From the NCBI GenBank assembly GCA_965246715.1, contig CBDFFH010000005.1:192001-256000 (forward strand): a stretch of 64,000 nt of DNA, in the 5' to 3' direction. Below are positions 40,477 through 51,773 of the stretch, piece by piece. The notes beneath the pieces are model-generated. The model was given only the letters and a program-made list of their open reading frames with translations. It did no database searches and was not told the DNA's origin. Position numbers and translations under genes: made by a program. Within the stretch, counting starts at the first letter, position 1, and each line of letters opens with the position of its first letter. Origin of the DNA: Chamaesiphon sp. (GTDB lineage Bacteria; Cyanobacteriota; Cyanobacteriia; Cyanobacteriales; Chamaesiphonaceae).

Positions 40477-40970
40477 ATCGCGATCCCTGTTCGTGTGTCT
40501 TCTACCAACCTACATTTTCAGCAGCAAATCGCGATCGGCGATTTTCAACTTCTCGTCGATGAACCGCTCGAACTAGGTGGCGATGATACAGGAGCAGATC
40601 CGTTTAGCTATGTGCTAGCTGGATTGGGAGCCTGCAAAGCAATTACCTTACAGCACTTCCGGCTATCATGAGGTACATTTTTATCCTTAACCTCCTCAGT
40701 GACTAACTTTTAGCGATTAGATTGTACCCCATAGCTGCCGGAAGTGCTGTAAAGATGTATGCCGAGCGCAAAGGCTGGTTGCTACGAGATGTTGTTGTCG
40801 ATCTGGTACATGAGAAATCACCAGAGGGACAGTCTCGAATTATCGTGCAACTCCAACTAGAGGGAGAATTGACAACCGAGCAACGACAAAGACTCGCAGA
40901 AATTGCGGATAAATGTCCCGTTCATAAGCTGCTTATTGCTGAAGTTGATATTCAAACCAGACTGTACTAA
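40477..40970 (+). pseudogene. OsmC family protein interrupted by a MITE
   Basis: VDEPLELGGDDTGADPFSYVLAGLGACKAITL | KMYAERKGW...ADKCPVHKLL. No ATG follows the GGAG RBS (ATC instead). Confidence 0.85.
40651..40749. mobile_element. 99-bp MITE with TA duplication (IS630-like ends)
   Basis: TA-CAGCACTTCCGGC...GCCGGAAGTGCTG-TA. Removal restores ITL-KMY. Confidence 0.88.
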
Positions 40971-41345
40971 TTTTCCGATAATTTCGTCTGCACAGTGTTT
41001 CAGATCGCCGAATAGAGGTGTCCGATCGAATTCATCATCACTGAATTTTACATTTTAAATGTGAGTAAGCTGTGAGGAAACCATCAATTCTCTCGTTTAT
41101 TTTTTAGATTCCAGCAGTCACAAACTGATGTTAGCACAAGCTTTGAGCTTGCAATTAAATGAAATAAACAATATCGATCGACTATATATTTCGCAAATAC
41201 ATGACTACAATATTGCGAATTATTAAGGTAATTTGACTCTATGTCTTTAGGATGAGGACTTCGCCAGTTCGATTGATTAATCTAAATATTAGATAGCTTT
41301 AGCCTGCCTAGAATTTATGCTAGAAATAGCAAGCGATCGCAAATT

Positions 41346-41717
41346 TTGATGTATTTAACAACTAATGTTATGAACAAAATAATGCTGCTATTACTGGTAT
41401 GTACGGGATTTGTCGCAAGCGTACCAATGAGCGCAAAAGCACTAGCTCCACAAATAGTTAACCAGAACCTGCATGGAGAAACAAACCTATTAATAGCCCA
41501 GGATCGTGACAACCGAAATCGCAATCGTCAGTTTACTGTTTATTACCGCAGTTCCAACGATCGCCGATGGACTCTAGAAGGTTCGCATACCGATCGTCGC
41601 GATGCCGAACGTGCCGCCCGAAGACTAGAGCGTCGCGGTTATAAAACATACGTTCAGATGAGTCGAGAAGCCAATCGTGGCATGATGGGTCGCGATCGCG
41701 GCATGATGAATCGCTAA
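41346..41717 (+). CDS. Small secreted hypothetical protein
   Basis: Signal peptide, LIAQ motif, Arg-rich domain, RGMMGR/RGMMNR tail. Confidence 0.65.
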   Translation: MMYLTTNVMNKIMLLLLVCTGFVASVPMSAKALAPQIVNQNLHGETNLLIAQDRDNRNRNRQFTVYYRSSNDRRWTLEGSHTDRRDAERAARRLERRGYKTYVQMSREANRGMMGRDRGMMNR

Positions 41718-41723
41718 ACCAAC

Positions 41724-42143
41724 TTGATGACAATTCGATCGAGAGATAGTGCCATCGAAGATGGTAAAAATAATAGATTGACAATGGCTAAATGCGGTAA
41801 CACCGCCGGACAACGTTGGAGGATGACAGCCCGTGAGACAAATCCTGAATCTTATCGGTTGCAGACTCCATTTACAGGCAAAGATAAATGCTTGAACATT
41901 GTCAATGATGGTGAAAATAATAAACTGACAATGGCTAAATGTAGCAAAGTTGCCGGACAACTCTGGAAGATTACACCTAGTAAGACAACTCCTGGCAATT
42001 CCGGCTATTATTTTGTAACGAATCAACTTACAGGTGCGAGTAATTGTTTGAACGTTATCAATAATGGTAGAAATAATAAGCTGACGATGGCTAAGTGTGA
42101 CAATATTTCTGGACGAAGCTGGAAAATTACCAAAACTCCTTAA
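41724..42143 (+). CDS. Ricin B-like (beta-trefoil) lectin, probably 5'-incomplete
   Basis: Three repeats CLN(I/V)xNxG-NN(K/R)LTMAKC...GQxW; first repeat truncated. Confidence 0.7.
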   Translation: MMTIRSRDSAIEDGKNNRLTMAKCGNTAGQRWRMTARETNPESYRLQTPFTGKDKCLNIVNDGENNKLTMAKCSKVAGQLWKITPSKTTPGNSGYYFVTNQLTGASNCLNVINNGRNNKLTMAKCDNISGRSWKITKTP

Positions 42144-43024
42144 TACGCTTGAGCAACGCATTGTAAAATCTTCTGCCCGATCGCGGCATGTTGTGAACGA
42201 TCCACTAATCCCGAATCGAGCAGAACAATCCCAAATAAAATCGCCCAGCCTTTGGCACGATCTAAAGTCGCCTCAGACACTTCACCATAGGCATCGATCG
42301 CTTGTTGCCTTAAATGCTGGTCAGGTAGCACACACCATAAAGCTGCGAGATCGGTTGCTCTATCTCCCGCAGTCAAATCGCCCCAATCAATCACTCCTGT
42401 AAAGCCACCTTTGTCTACCAAAAGATTACGCGGATGCAAGTCGCCATGTATCCACGTCGGTTCTACATCAATCGGTGCATTGACTGCTTGTTGCCAAAGC
42501 GATCGTATGGTTGGTGCGATCGTCGTTGTCTGTGCTTCTAATCGTTGCATCCGCTCATTCAGCATGGTCACTCGCTCAATCAGGGGAACGCCTCGAAATG
42601 AGTTCTTCGGTGCGTTATCCGGTGCTGCAACATGTAGAGCTTTCAAAAACAGCGCAAACTGTCGAGCATGATCCGCATTGAGTCGAATTTCGCCTGCGGT
42701 TTGTCCTGGGAGCCAAGGAATGACGCTCCAATGCCAAGGATAAAGCGAGTTCGGCACTCCAATCCTTAGAGGTACTGGAACTGCTAGCGGTAATTGTTTT
42801 GCAAGTTGTGGAAGCCAGTTTTGTTCATTTTCTAGTAGTTTTGCTGCGATCTCCCTTCTGGGGAGCCGAACTGCTAAGCGATCTCCCAAACGAAACATCG
42901 AGTTATCCCAACCCGCATCAACAAACTGAATCGACAGATTTTGCAGATCTGGGTGCTGTTCGGCAAGTAGCTGTGATACCAATAAAGCATCAATTTTAAC
43001 TTCTGCCGATGGAGTCCCCAACAT
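42140..43024 (-). CDS. Aminoglycoside phosphotransferase (APH) family protein
   Basis: AGWDNSMFRLG, WIHGDLHPRNLL, VIDWGD. Confidence 0.9.
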   Translation of the reverse strand: MLGTPSAEVKIDALLVSQLLAEQHPDLQNLSIQFVDAGWDNSMFRLGDRLAVRLPRREIAAKLLENEQNWLPQLAKQLPLAVPVPLRIGVPNSLYPWHWSVIPWLPGQTAGEIRLNADHARQFALFLKALHVAAPDNAPKNSFRGVPLIERVTMLNERMQRLEAQTTTIAPTIRSLWQQAVNAPIDVEPTWIHGDLHPRNLLVDKGGFTGVIDWGDLTAGDRATDLAALWCVLPDQHLRQQAIDAYGEVSEATLDRAKGWAILFGIVLLDSGLVDRSQHAAIGQKILQCVAQAY

Positions 43025-43193
43025 ACGAATGACTTTCCAAAAATTGGTCTGCCGTAGGCAATCCCTAATATTTTTCCAATGACGTATCGAGTCATCCAAG
43101 AACAGCTTTAAGCTTTAAGTAGGTAAGTAAAATTATTTGTTAAATAGATAATAACTGAAACCTATGTCGTGAGCTTATTATCAATACAACGAT

Positions 43194-43808
43194 TTACCAA
43201 ATTCTGCTCATGTCTAGGATGAAACCTGGCATGACCTCATTACAGTCGATCGACATTGGGGCTGCTAAAATCTCTGGTTCTTGTCCCGATCTGTAAATTT
43301 CTACTTGCTTGTTTTTGGGATCGATCAGTAACCCCATTCTTACCCCCAACCGTTGGTACACCAGCATTTTCTGTTGTACTGGCTTGAGGTTATCGCTGGC
43401 AGATCTCAGTTCGATAACAAAATCAGGCACTACAGGAATAAACTTGACAATGTTCACTCCCTCTAGTCGAGACTTCTCAATCCATGAAACATCTGGTGAT
43501 GGTTTTCCACCGCCAACTGCCTCAAAATCATATCCACCCGATGAATCAAATACTCGACCTAAATTAGTTTGTCGGTTCCAGATATTCACATCGGTAACTA
43601 AATCTGCATTCTTTTCACTACTTTCGCCGCCTGCTGGAGCCATCACAATCAATTCTCGGTTCGGTGTCAATTCTAGGCGGAGGTCTGGGTTCTTGGCACA
43701 GAGAACGTCAAACTGCTCTGGCGTAACGATTAGAATCGTATCACTCACATCCAATAGCAACGGTTGAGTATCGACGATCGATGTGGTGGGAGCTATGGCA
43801 ATTGTCAT
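43194..43808 (-). CDS. Uma2 family endonuclease
   Basis: SPDVSWI, PDFVIELRS, LGVRMGLLIDP. Confidence 0.9.
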   Translation of the reverse strand: MTIAIAPTTSIVDTQPLLLDVSDTILIVTPEQFDVLCAKNPDLRLELTPNRELIVMAPAGGESSEKNADLVTDVNIWNRQTNLGRVFDSSGGYDFEAVGGGKPSPDVSWIEKSRLEGVNIVKFIPVVPDFVIELRSASDNLKPVQQKMLVYQRLGVRMGLLIDPKNKQVEIYRSGQEPEILAAPMSIDCNEVMPGFILDMSRIW

Positions 43809-45924
43809 AATACCTCCAAGCGTTTATGGGAGCTAGTTTATGTCGCTTTAATTTTATCATGCTGATTCTTTTATTTTAGAATGATATGGGGTGGGCAATT
43901 CCCGTCAGCTAGGTTTCAGACAATAAAGTATAACTGGCATCAATTGTCTGAATCAGAACAGATGTTAAATGGGACTATCCCTGCAAATCCGCCATCATGA
44001 CGATCGTCACCAGAAAAATTCTCTACAACCGCATCTTACAATTACTGTTGCGCCCCAAACGACTAGCTGCATTAGAGGCTTGTGCGATCGGGTTAGTCGC
44101 TGGATTAGCAGCAATGGCGTTGGGCGAAAGCGTCAGCCTGTTGGGGGGATGGCGACAGCAAGCAGCCCGTCTGGTTCCTGCGTATATAGCCCTACCGACG
44201 ATCGGCTTAATTGCTGGAGTAATAGCCGGATGGCTGGCGGGATATGTTGCCCCTGGCTCTAGTGGGAGCGGTATGTCGGAGGTAAAAGCAGTATTGGCGC
44301 GGGTGCCGATGCCAATGACGCTGCGGTTGGCTGCGGTGAAATGGCTCAGTGCCACATTAATATTGGCAGCAGGGTTTCCACTCGGACGGGAAGGCCCCAC
44401 AGTGCAAATTGGTGCGGCATTAGCCAATCAATTCAGCGACTGGTTTCCGACTTCCCCCGAACGGCGGCGACAACTAATTGCAGCGGGAGCAGGGGCGGGA
44501 GTAGCAGCGGCATTTAATGCGCCGATCGCGGGAGTGTTATTTGTAGTTGAAGAATTGCTCCAAGATGTCACGGGGATTACCTTGGGTACGGCAATTTTAG
44601 CCTCTTTTGTCGCCTCCGCCGTCGCCCGGATCGGTGGTTCTCGGAGTTGGAATCTGAATTTTGAGGCACACCTGAGTAATACCATCCACAATAGTTTTTC
44701 GGTGCCAGAGATTCCCTTTTATTTACTGTTGGGAATTTTGGCTGGAGGGTTGGGAGTTGTATTTAATCGGGGCATACTGCTGAGTTTAGGATTTTATCGG
44801 CAGTTTTTCCATGTGGCTTTGCCGTGGCGGGTTGGGCTAGCTGGATTAGTGACGGGAATTGCGCTGGCAACTCTACCCACCGTGTTTCGGGATAATGCTG
44901 GGTTGAGACAGCTATTGCTCAGTGGTGAGGCAGACTGGCAGTTAGTCGCGATCGTGTTTTGGGTCAAATTCGCGTTAATTATCTTTGTGACTGGCTCTGG
45001 GGCACCTGGGGGGCTGCTGATTCCCTCGATGACGCTGGGATCTGCGCTGGGATATTTGGTGGGGACTTTAGGGCACCATGTACTGTTGACGGGATCGCCT
45101 AGTACTTATGCCTATGTGGGGATGGCAGCTTTCTTTTGTGCCGTCTCGCGGGTGCCAATTACGGCGGTAATTCTGGTGTTCGAGATGACCAGTGATTTTA
45201 ATCTGGTGTTGCCATTAATGATTGGGGTAGTCACCGCTAATCTGGTGGCAGAAAAACTGGAAACCGGATCGCTGTACGATCGATTGTTAGAAGCTAATGG
45301 CATTCATCTAGCCGAGCTATCCAAATCGCCAGAACCCTGGACAGAATTAACAGCACATCAGGTAATGCAGCCCAAAGTAGAAACCATTGCCAGCGATCTG
45401 AGCTTGGATGAAGCATTACTGGTATTTGCCCAATCTTCCCACCATACTTTCCCCGTAATGGCAGCAGGTAAATTAGTGGGGATTGTATCCCAGCAGGATC
45501 TGGTAGATCGCTTGGCACTAGAAACGAACGAAGGTCTCTCGGTCGCAGATATCATGACTCCCGCACCCGTGACAGCAATTCCCGAAGATACACTAGCGCA
45601 TATTCTCCATTTACTCGATCGCGGTCGTTTCAGCAGTCTACCGATCGTTGATGGTCGAAAACTAGTCGGCATTATCACCCGCACCGATATTATTCGGGTG
45701 GAAGCCGCATATCTCAATGGTCGCGAACATCCCCTTGGTGCAAAAACTAGCACTTCACACATTATCTATCAAACTCGCGCACCAGAAATCGGTAAGGGAC
45801 GATTGCTCGTATTACTGAGTAATCCCAAAACTGCCAAAATGCTAATGGAGATGGCAGTAGCAATTGCACGCGATCGCGATTATGAAATCGAAGTATTGCA
45901 CGTAATTGTCGTCCCCCCACATAA

Positions 45925-47240
45925 GGTGATTCCCGATAAAGAACATACCAGTTAGGCAGGGCGGATCAGAATGTCCCATTTAGGGAGTAGTGGGTTCCTT
46001 TCTAATCTTTTTTCCACTTCTTTCATTGCTGATTTATTGAGTGAAATACCTTTTTGATAAATCTTACTATTTAATTGAATAATAGGATGCAATCCTTTCC
46101 AGGTCATACTCTCTGCCCATGCTAGCATGGCTGATACATTTAATAACTTTGCCCCATTCCAATGCTTTTCTAAAACTCCCCAGCATCTTTCAATCGGATT
46201 ATATTTGCTGTGATAAGGTGGATAATAGATTAGGTGAATAGATTTACCAATTTTATCTGAAAAGTCTACCATTCTTTTTAAGAACTGAGTTCGCACACCA
46301 CTGCTTTCAGGGCCATTATCCACCTTAATTTGGATCTTCTCGATCGTCTGCTGCTGTTCCAGTAGAAGTATGTCCCACCAGTCCTGTAATGTGTCTGCAA
46401 TAAAATCACTTGTTTTATAAGAGCTACCAAAACTAATCTGTAAAGCTCCAGTATCTTCATCAACGATTCCACATGGGATATATTTTTCTTCACAGCCCAT
46501 GTCATGGTCATTAGCTTGATTATCTCCTCTAGTTTTCCCCCCTCTACTTAAATTTCCAATATTGACTTTCGCTTTGCAGTCAATACTTAATCGTTTGATT
46601 CTCTTTGATTCTAACTGTTTTTGATGCTGGTTGATGTTCTCGAAGATATCGTTGGTTTCTGCAATTTTTTTTGAGGCTTTGCTTTCACTACTTTTCTGAG
46701 CCGATAGCCCGTTCGATTTAAAACTTCTATCATCGTACTCAGCGATGGCAATTGCTCCGGCATATAACCCTGTTGGGCTAATTGTTTGAGGGCTTCTGCC
46801 GCTGTTAATCGTGTATACGCAATCGTTGTTGCAAATGTTGGATCTTGTTGCGAATGTGACTCTGCTAATTTTTTCAGTGAATCAGCAACTTCTGGTTGTT
46901 TTTCCTCCCATCTTTTTGCCCCACTAAAGCCTGTTTGCGCTCCTACACAGATAATTCCAGTTCGTTTCTCTGCTAACCCTAGTGCTACAGTTTCTCTACT
47001 CCAACCAAATATCCTCTCTGTCAATCTAGCGTTTCCTTGGCAATATTTAATTGCCATTTCTGCTTGAAAGTAACGACGTTTTACACCGCTTAATTTAGCA
47101 GAAGCTAGCCGTAAATCTTCTCTTTGGCTACTACTTAACGTGAGTTCGGTTTTATTGCTAAACAATACTACTATCTTCCTTTCTTCGGCTTACCAATAAA
47201 ATAGTACTATAACTGGGTGGCTTTTTTATCGGGAATCACC
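45925..47240 (-). mobile_element. ISAzo13-family IS with frameshifted transposase (47165-46611, about 46660-45952)
   Basis: 16-bp TIR GGTGATTCCCGATAAA, TAA TSD, SQQDPTF, DNGPESSG, YYPPYHSKYNPIERCW, A8 slippery run at KPQKK. Confidence 0.92.
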
Positions 47241-47890
47241 TAAATCATTGACAGAAGCTGCCGTTAGGACAGTCACAGGCGAACAACTCCTCCGACAGGC
47301 TAAAAACCTGGGATTAGTCTGGCAGGTGCCCGTCCATACCCAAATTCGGGTCGCTCACAACCTCTGTGCCGCCATGCTCCAGACGATCGATTCCCAACAT
47401 ATTAACCTCGCGGTGATGGGTTGGCGCGGTAGTAGTAGAGTGCCCACGGAATGGATTTTTAGTCGATTGGTCGATCCGGTGATTCAACAGGCAAATTGTG
47501 AGTTGGTACTGGTCAAATGTAACGATCGAACTCAATTCGATCGCTGGCTGGTACCAATGGCTGGCGGGCCGAATGCTCGACTGGCGATCGAACTCCTCCC
47601 CGCGCTGACTAGCTTGAGTCACAAGCCCCAAGTGCGCCTCTGTCAAGTCTTTGAGCCTGGAGATCGCCAACCAGATCTGAGCGTACTCGATCGCGCGGCT
47701 GATTTTCTCGATCCATATCTGCATGGCGCGATTACCACAGTCCCGCTCTATAATAGTTCCATTCCAGAAGCGGTATTAAACTACGCGAGACAGGATGACA
47801 GCGATGCGATCGTCTTAGGGGCGAGTCGTGCCGGAATATTACAGCAAGTGGTCAATGGCAACATTCCTGCTGCTATTTCCCAAAATAGCG

Positions 47891-47914
47891 TTCGCGGAGC
47901 GTCGCTTCTGGCGA
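47891..47914 (+). repeat. 24-bp in-frame mini-element splitting a HIP1 site (GCG|ATCGC)
   Basis: TTCGCGGAGCGTCGCTTCTGGCGA. Removal restores QNSDRTV. Confidence 0.75.
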
Positions 47915-48065
47915 ATCGCACGGTAATTGTCATCAGAGCGGCAATTTCCAAATCAAATTAGTACTACGGTTACGCATATTTTAGCGATCGAATCACCACC
48001 TTTGGATGATTGCTTCATCGGTACAAGTCACATCTCAACTTCACCAAGTAGGAAAAAAATAGTCA

Positions 48066-48470
48066 TCAAATTCCTTCACAGAGTCGCTGTGGTAACTGTT
48101 TGAGTACGCGATCGAATGGTGCAAAATCTTTCAAACCGTGACACAAAATCAACACTCCTTGAATAGCAATAATTGCATCTTCACCGCGCTGCTTTGCTAA
48201 TATTTCATCCAATCCCGCTGCAATCAAAACATTGGAGATTGCTTCAATCCACTGCGAAAATGCCCACCTAATTTGGGTGTGAAACAGATCGTCACTCGCT
48301 GCTTCTAATACTAAGAATGCCCACAGACAGGAATTTTGCCCCTGATTAAAAAAGCGATTCGTTTCCGCGCACATTGCCTGGAATTTATCAATTGATTTTC
48401 GATCGTTCCCAAGCAGCGGTAAAATACTCGTCTCTAGCCACAAATTAACCTGCGTCAGGGCAGCTTCCAG
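48066..48470 (-). pseudogene. TetR-family regulator, N-terminal HTH deleted
   Basis: GQNSCLWAFL...AIIAIQGVLIL C-terminal domain. The upstream frame runs directly into the operator repeat. Confidence 0.7.
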
Positions 48471-48512
48471 CGAACGAACGGTACAGTATTTATATACCGA
48501 ACGAACGGTACA
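48471..48512. promoter_or_regulatory. Putative TetR operators
   Basis: CGAACGAACGGTACA twice; the second sits within the palindrome TACCG-aacgaa-CGGTA. Confidence 0.6.
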
Positions 48513-48745
48513 AAAACAAGCTTACCTTCCGAGAGAGGATTGGGATGAAACAAGCACAACGTCATCTGCCGCAGATCGATGCGAATCAGCCTGTTTGTCC
48601 AGAGCGACTTTGGATCTTAGCTTTTCTAGCTCTCGTACCCCTATTAGAACGTGGTTTTTTACCAACCGACTGTTCGCTTTAGATTAACAGGTACACAGAT
48701 TTTCACACATCAAATATTCACCTTCACCGCATCAGGATTGAGATC

Positions 48746-49373
48746 ATGATTAAACTCTACGGTCACGAAGTATCTGGTAATAGTTACAAAGTAAAATTGC
48801 TGTTAGAATTATTAAAGATCGAGTACGAATGGATTAAAGTAGACTTGATGAAAGGCGAACAAAAATCGCCAGAATACCTTGCACTTAACCCATTTGGACA
48901 GGTGCCATTATTGATCGATGGCGAGACTAAATTAGCAGATGCTCAGGCGATTTTAGTATACCTGGCACGGCAGTATGGCGGTGACAAATGGCTCCCATTG
49001 GATGCGTTACCTCTAGCTCAAGTCATTCGCTGGTTATCAACTACCGCCGGAGAAGTACGCCAGGGGCCAGAAAATGCTCGACTTTATCATTTGTTTGGGG
49101 CTGGCACTAATATTAATATCGTTGGCGAAGCCTCTCAGACTTGAGAATCGAGCTACCCAAAAAGCAGCGGATATTTTGAACCTGTTGAACGAACATTTAA
49201 GTACGCGCACTTGGTTAGAATTCGAGCATCCCACCATTGCCGATGTTGCTGTTTTTCCCTATGTCGCTCTGGCGCGAGATGGCAAGATTAATGTTGATGC
49301 TTATCCAAATGTTTTGGCATGGATCGATCGCATCAAACAACTACCTGGTTATGTTCCAATGGCTGGAATTTAA
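48746..49373 (+). pseudogene. Glutathione S-transferase frameshifted by a 25-bp insertion
   Basis: SGNSYKV, NPFGQVP, PTIADVAVFPYV. Removing 49122-49146 restores NIDRATQK. Confidence 0.88.
49122..49146 (+). repeat. 25-bp mini-element inserted at CG|ATCG
   Basis: TTGGCGAAGCCTCTCAGACTTGAGA. Confidence 0.85.
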
Positions 49374-49432
49374 TAACCCCTTAGATCTTCTAGTGGGGGA
49401 GGGCGGGTTCGTTTGATATCGAACAGTAAGAT

Positions 49433-49454
49433 TACCTACGGTAGGCTTCGCCAA
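49433..49454 (-). repeat. 22-bp mini-element
   Basis: TACCTACGGTAGGCTTCGCCAA inserted at AGAT|CG. Confidence 0.8.
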
Positions 49455-49561
49455 CGATATTGGCTAGCATAAACAAAGCCAGCTACAGATCTATAAACTC
49501 ACCCTATACATTTTATTCGATCGAATATATCGAAACAGATACCCAATCTTCAGGAGAAATC

Positions 49562-50191
49562 ATGATCGATCTCTACTATTGGACAACCCCTAACGGTCAC
49601 AAAATTCCGATCTTTTTAGAAGAAGCGGCACTACCTTACACCATTCATCCGATTAACATCAGCAAAGGCGAACAATTTCAGCCGTCCTTCTTGCAGATAT
49701 CGCCCAACAACCGCATCCCCGCGATTGTAGATCGAGATCCGATAGATCGTGGCGAAGCGATTAGCGTATTTGAATCAGGGGCAATCTTGCAATACCTCGC
49801 CGAAAAAACTGGTAAGTTTTTGCCCACCGATCTCAGGGGTCGAATGGAGACTATGCAGTGGTTATTCTGGCAAGTAGGTGGGCTGGGGCCGATGTTAGGT
49901 CAAAATCATCATTTCACTCAGTATGCACCCGAACAAATCCCTTATGCGATTCAACGCTACCTCAAAGAAACCGAGCGGTTGTATGGAGTGCTAGATAAGC
50001 AATTAATAAATCGGGAATACATTACGGGCGAGTATTCGATCGCAGATATGGCGGCTTATCCTTGGATTGTACCCCATGCCAGTCAGCAAATCGACCTTAA
50101 TGCCTTCCCCAACGTCAAGCGGTGGTTTGAGTCTATCCAGAGTCGTCCAGCCGTCAAACGCGCCTATGCTAAAGCTGAAGAAATCCGATGA
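49562..50191 (+). CDS. Glutathione S-transferase, YfcG/Ure2p-like
   Basis: MIDLYYWTTPNG, SPNNRIPAIVD, FESGAIL, YSIADMAAYPW; AGGAG RBS. Confidence 0.92.
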   Translation: MIDLYYWTTPNGHKIPIFLEEAALPYTIHPINISKGEQFQPSFLQISPNNRIPAIVDRDPIDRGEAISVFESGAILQYLAEKTGKFLPTDLRGRMETMQWLFWQVGGLGPMLGQNHHFTQYAPEQIPYAIQRYLKETERLYGVLDKQLINREYITGEYSIADMAAYPWIVPHASQQIDLNAFPNVKRWFESIQSRPAVKRAYAKAEEIR

Positions 50192-50721
50192 AAATCTTGG
50201 CAATTTCTGGGAGTTTGCGCCCTCAATCTTCTAACACAGCCATTTTACAAGCAGTGGTGAAATTAGCCACTGCTGATGTAGATATCAGAATTTATGATGG
50301 AATTGGCAATCTTCCCCACTTTAACCCCGATTTCGATCGTGATGAAGGATTGACTTCAGTTATTGATTGGCGGGCACATTTGCAAACTGCTGATGGGGTA
50401 ATTTTTTGCACGCCGGAATATGCTCATGGTGTCCCTGGTGTCCTCAAAAATGCCCTCGATTGGATCGTTTCTTCTGGTGAGCTTATGTATAAACCTACTG
50501 CGGTAATTAGTGCCTCTCCATCACCCGATGGTGGCGATAAAGCAAATACTTCACTCGTGCAAACGTTGAGAGTCATGATGGCAGATATTTCAGCAGGAGC
50601 AACGCTGTGTATTCCGGCTATTTCCGCCAAGTTAAATGATAAGGGCAAGCTGATAGATTCTGCCACAGTATCGGCACTTCGATCGCTATTGGATACTCTT
50701 ATCTATTCAATTAATAAATGA
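50188..50721 (+). CDS. NADPH-dependent FMN reductase
   Basis: ISGSLRPQSSN, TPEYAHGVPGVLKNALDW. Confidence 0.92.
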   Translation: MKILAISGSLRPQSSNTAILQAVVKLATADVDIRIYDGIGNLPHFNPDFDRDEGLTSVIDWRAHLQTADGVIFCTPEYAHGVPGVLKNALDWIVSSGELMYKPTAVISASPSPDGGDKANTSLVQTLRVMMADISAGATLCIPAISAKLNDKGKLIDSATVSALRSLLDTLIYSINK

Positions 50722-50858
50722 TTTGGTGATGCAAAGTCAGCCTGCGCGGACTAATAAGCTGGAACTATTGGCGTAACTCGTATGGGAACAAACCCGCACT
50801 AACTCACTAACCTGAAGACAGCTATAAAAATCGATCGAACTCTCAGGAGAAAAACAAA

Positions 50859-51773
50859 ATGGCAAACCCAGGCTGGACACATACTGAGTCGCCCTTTCAC
50901 GCAGGCGAACTAGCAATTCAAGCCCGATTCGGAGCGCAGGAGCGGATGGACAAACAAGCCCGTCGGATGGTGCGAGATTATCTCCCAGAGCAACACCAAC
51001 AGTTTTTTGCCCAATTATCTTATCTAATTGTGGGTACGGTGGATACAGTGGGTAATCTCTGGGCTTCGATACTGGTGGGCGAACCAGGCTTTCTCTCCTC
51101 CCCAAATGAGCATACATTGCGAGTTACCGCCCAGCCGCTATTTGGCGATCCTTTGGCAACCACCCTCGCCGAAGGGATCGATATTGGCTTGCTTGGCATC
51201 GAACTACATACCCGCCGCCGCAACCGCTTGAACGGCAGCATTACGGCAATTCATGCCACTAGTTTCGATGTCCATGTCGGACAAAGCTTTGGGAATTGTC
51301 CCCAATACATTCAAGCCCGGATATTTGAGCTAGTTGAATCCGATGCAACCAGCCCCAAAGTTCATCAGTTCACAACGTTAGGAGCAGCGGAACGCGCCAT
51401 CATTACAGCCGCTGACACGTTCTTCATTGCTACCGCCTATCAAGACGAATCAGCGGGTGCTGCACGAGGTGTAGATGTTTCCCATCGGGGTGGTAAACCT
51501 GGATTCGTCCGCATCGATGATGGCACATTAACCGTTCCCGACTTTTCTGGTAATTGTCACTTTAATACCTTCGGCAACCTGGAGTTAAATCCTCGCGCAG
51601 GACTGCTATTTGTAGATTTTGAGTCAGGAGATCTACTTTATCTTACAGGTACCGCTGAAGTGATCTGGGAAGGAACTGAAGCTATAAATTATGAGGGGGC
51701 AGAGCGATTATTTCGCTTTCGACTAGTTCGAGGATATCGGATTGAAAGTAGTTTACTCCTACACGGTGTTTGA
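50859..51773 (+). CDS. Pyridoxamine 5'-phosphate oxidase-related FMN-binding protein; 3' end replaced by a MITE
   Basis: PFHAGE, TRRRNRLNG, FGNCPQYI, DVSHRGGKPGF, PDFSGN. The stop codon lies inside the MITE TIR. Confidence 0.85.
   Translation: MANPGWTHTESPFHAGELAIQARFGAQERMDKQARRMVRDYLPEQHQQFFAQLSYLIVGTVDTVGNLWASILVGEPGFLSSPNEHTLRVTAQPLFGDPLATTLAEGIDIGLLGIELHTRRRNRLNGSITAIHATSFDVHVGQSFGNCPQYIQARIFELVESDATSPKVHQFTTLGAAERAIITAADTFFIATAYQDESAGAARGVDVSHRGGKPGFVRIDDGTLTVPDFSGNCHFNTFGNLELNPRAGLLFVDFESGDLLYLTGTAEVIWEGTEAINYEGAERLFRFRLVRGYRIESSLLLHGV

Larger units (their letters stand above)
43997..47961 (+). pseudogene. ClC chloride channel/antiporter with CBS and USP domains, split by ISAzo13
   Basis: GSGMSE, GREGP, AAAFNAPIAG, CBS pair, USP tail. 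Removing the IS restores PPHKSLTEAAV. Confidence 0.9.

Noticed and set aside
40960..41240. Tn7/CAST transposon end
   Set aside because: TGT starts and TTCGCAAAT-like words occur, but there is no convincing array of TnsB sites and no tns genes
49460..49561. N-terminal extension of the second GST
   Set aside because: The RBS and family consensus place the start at 49562
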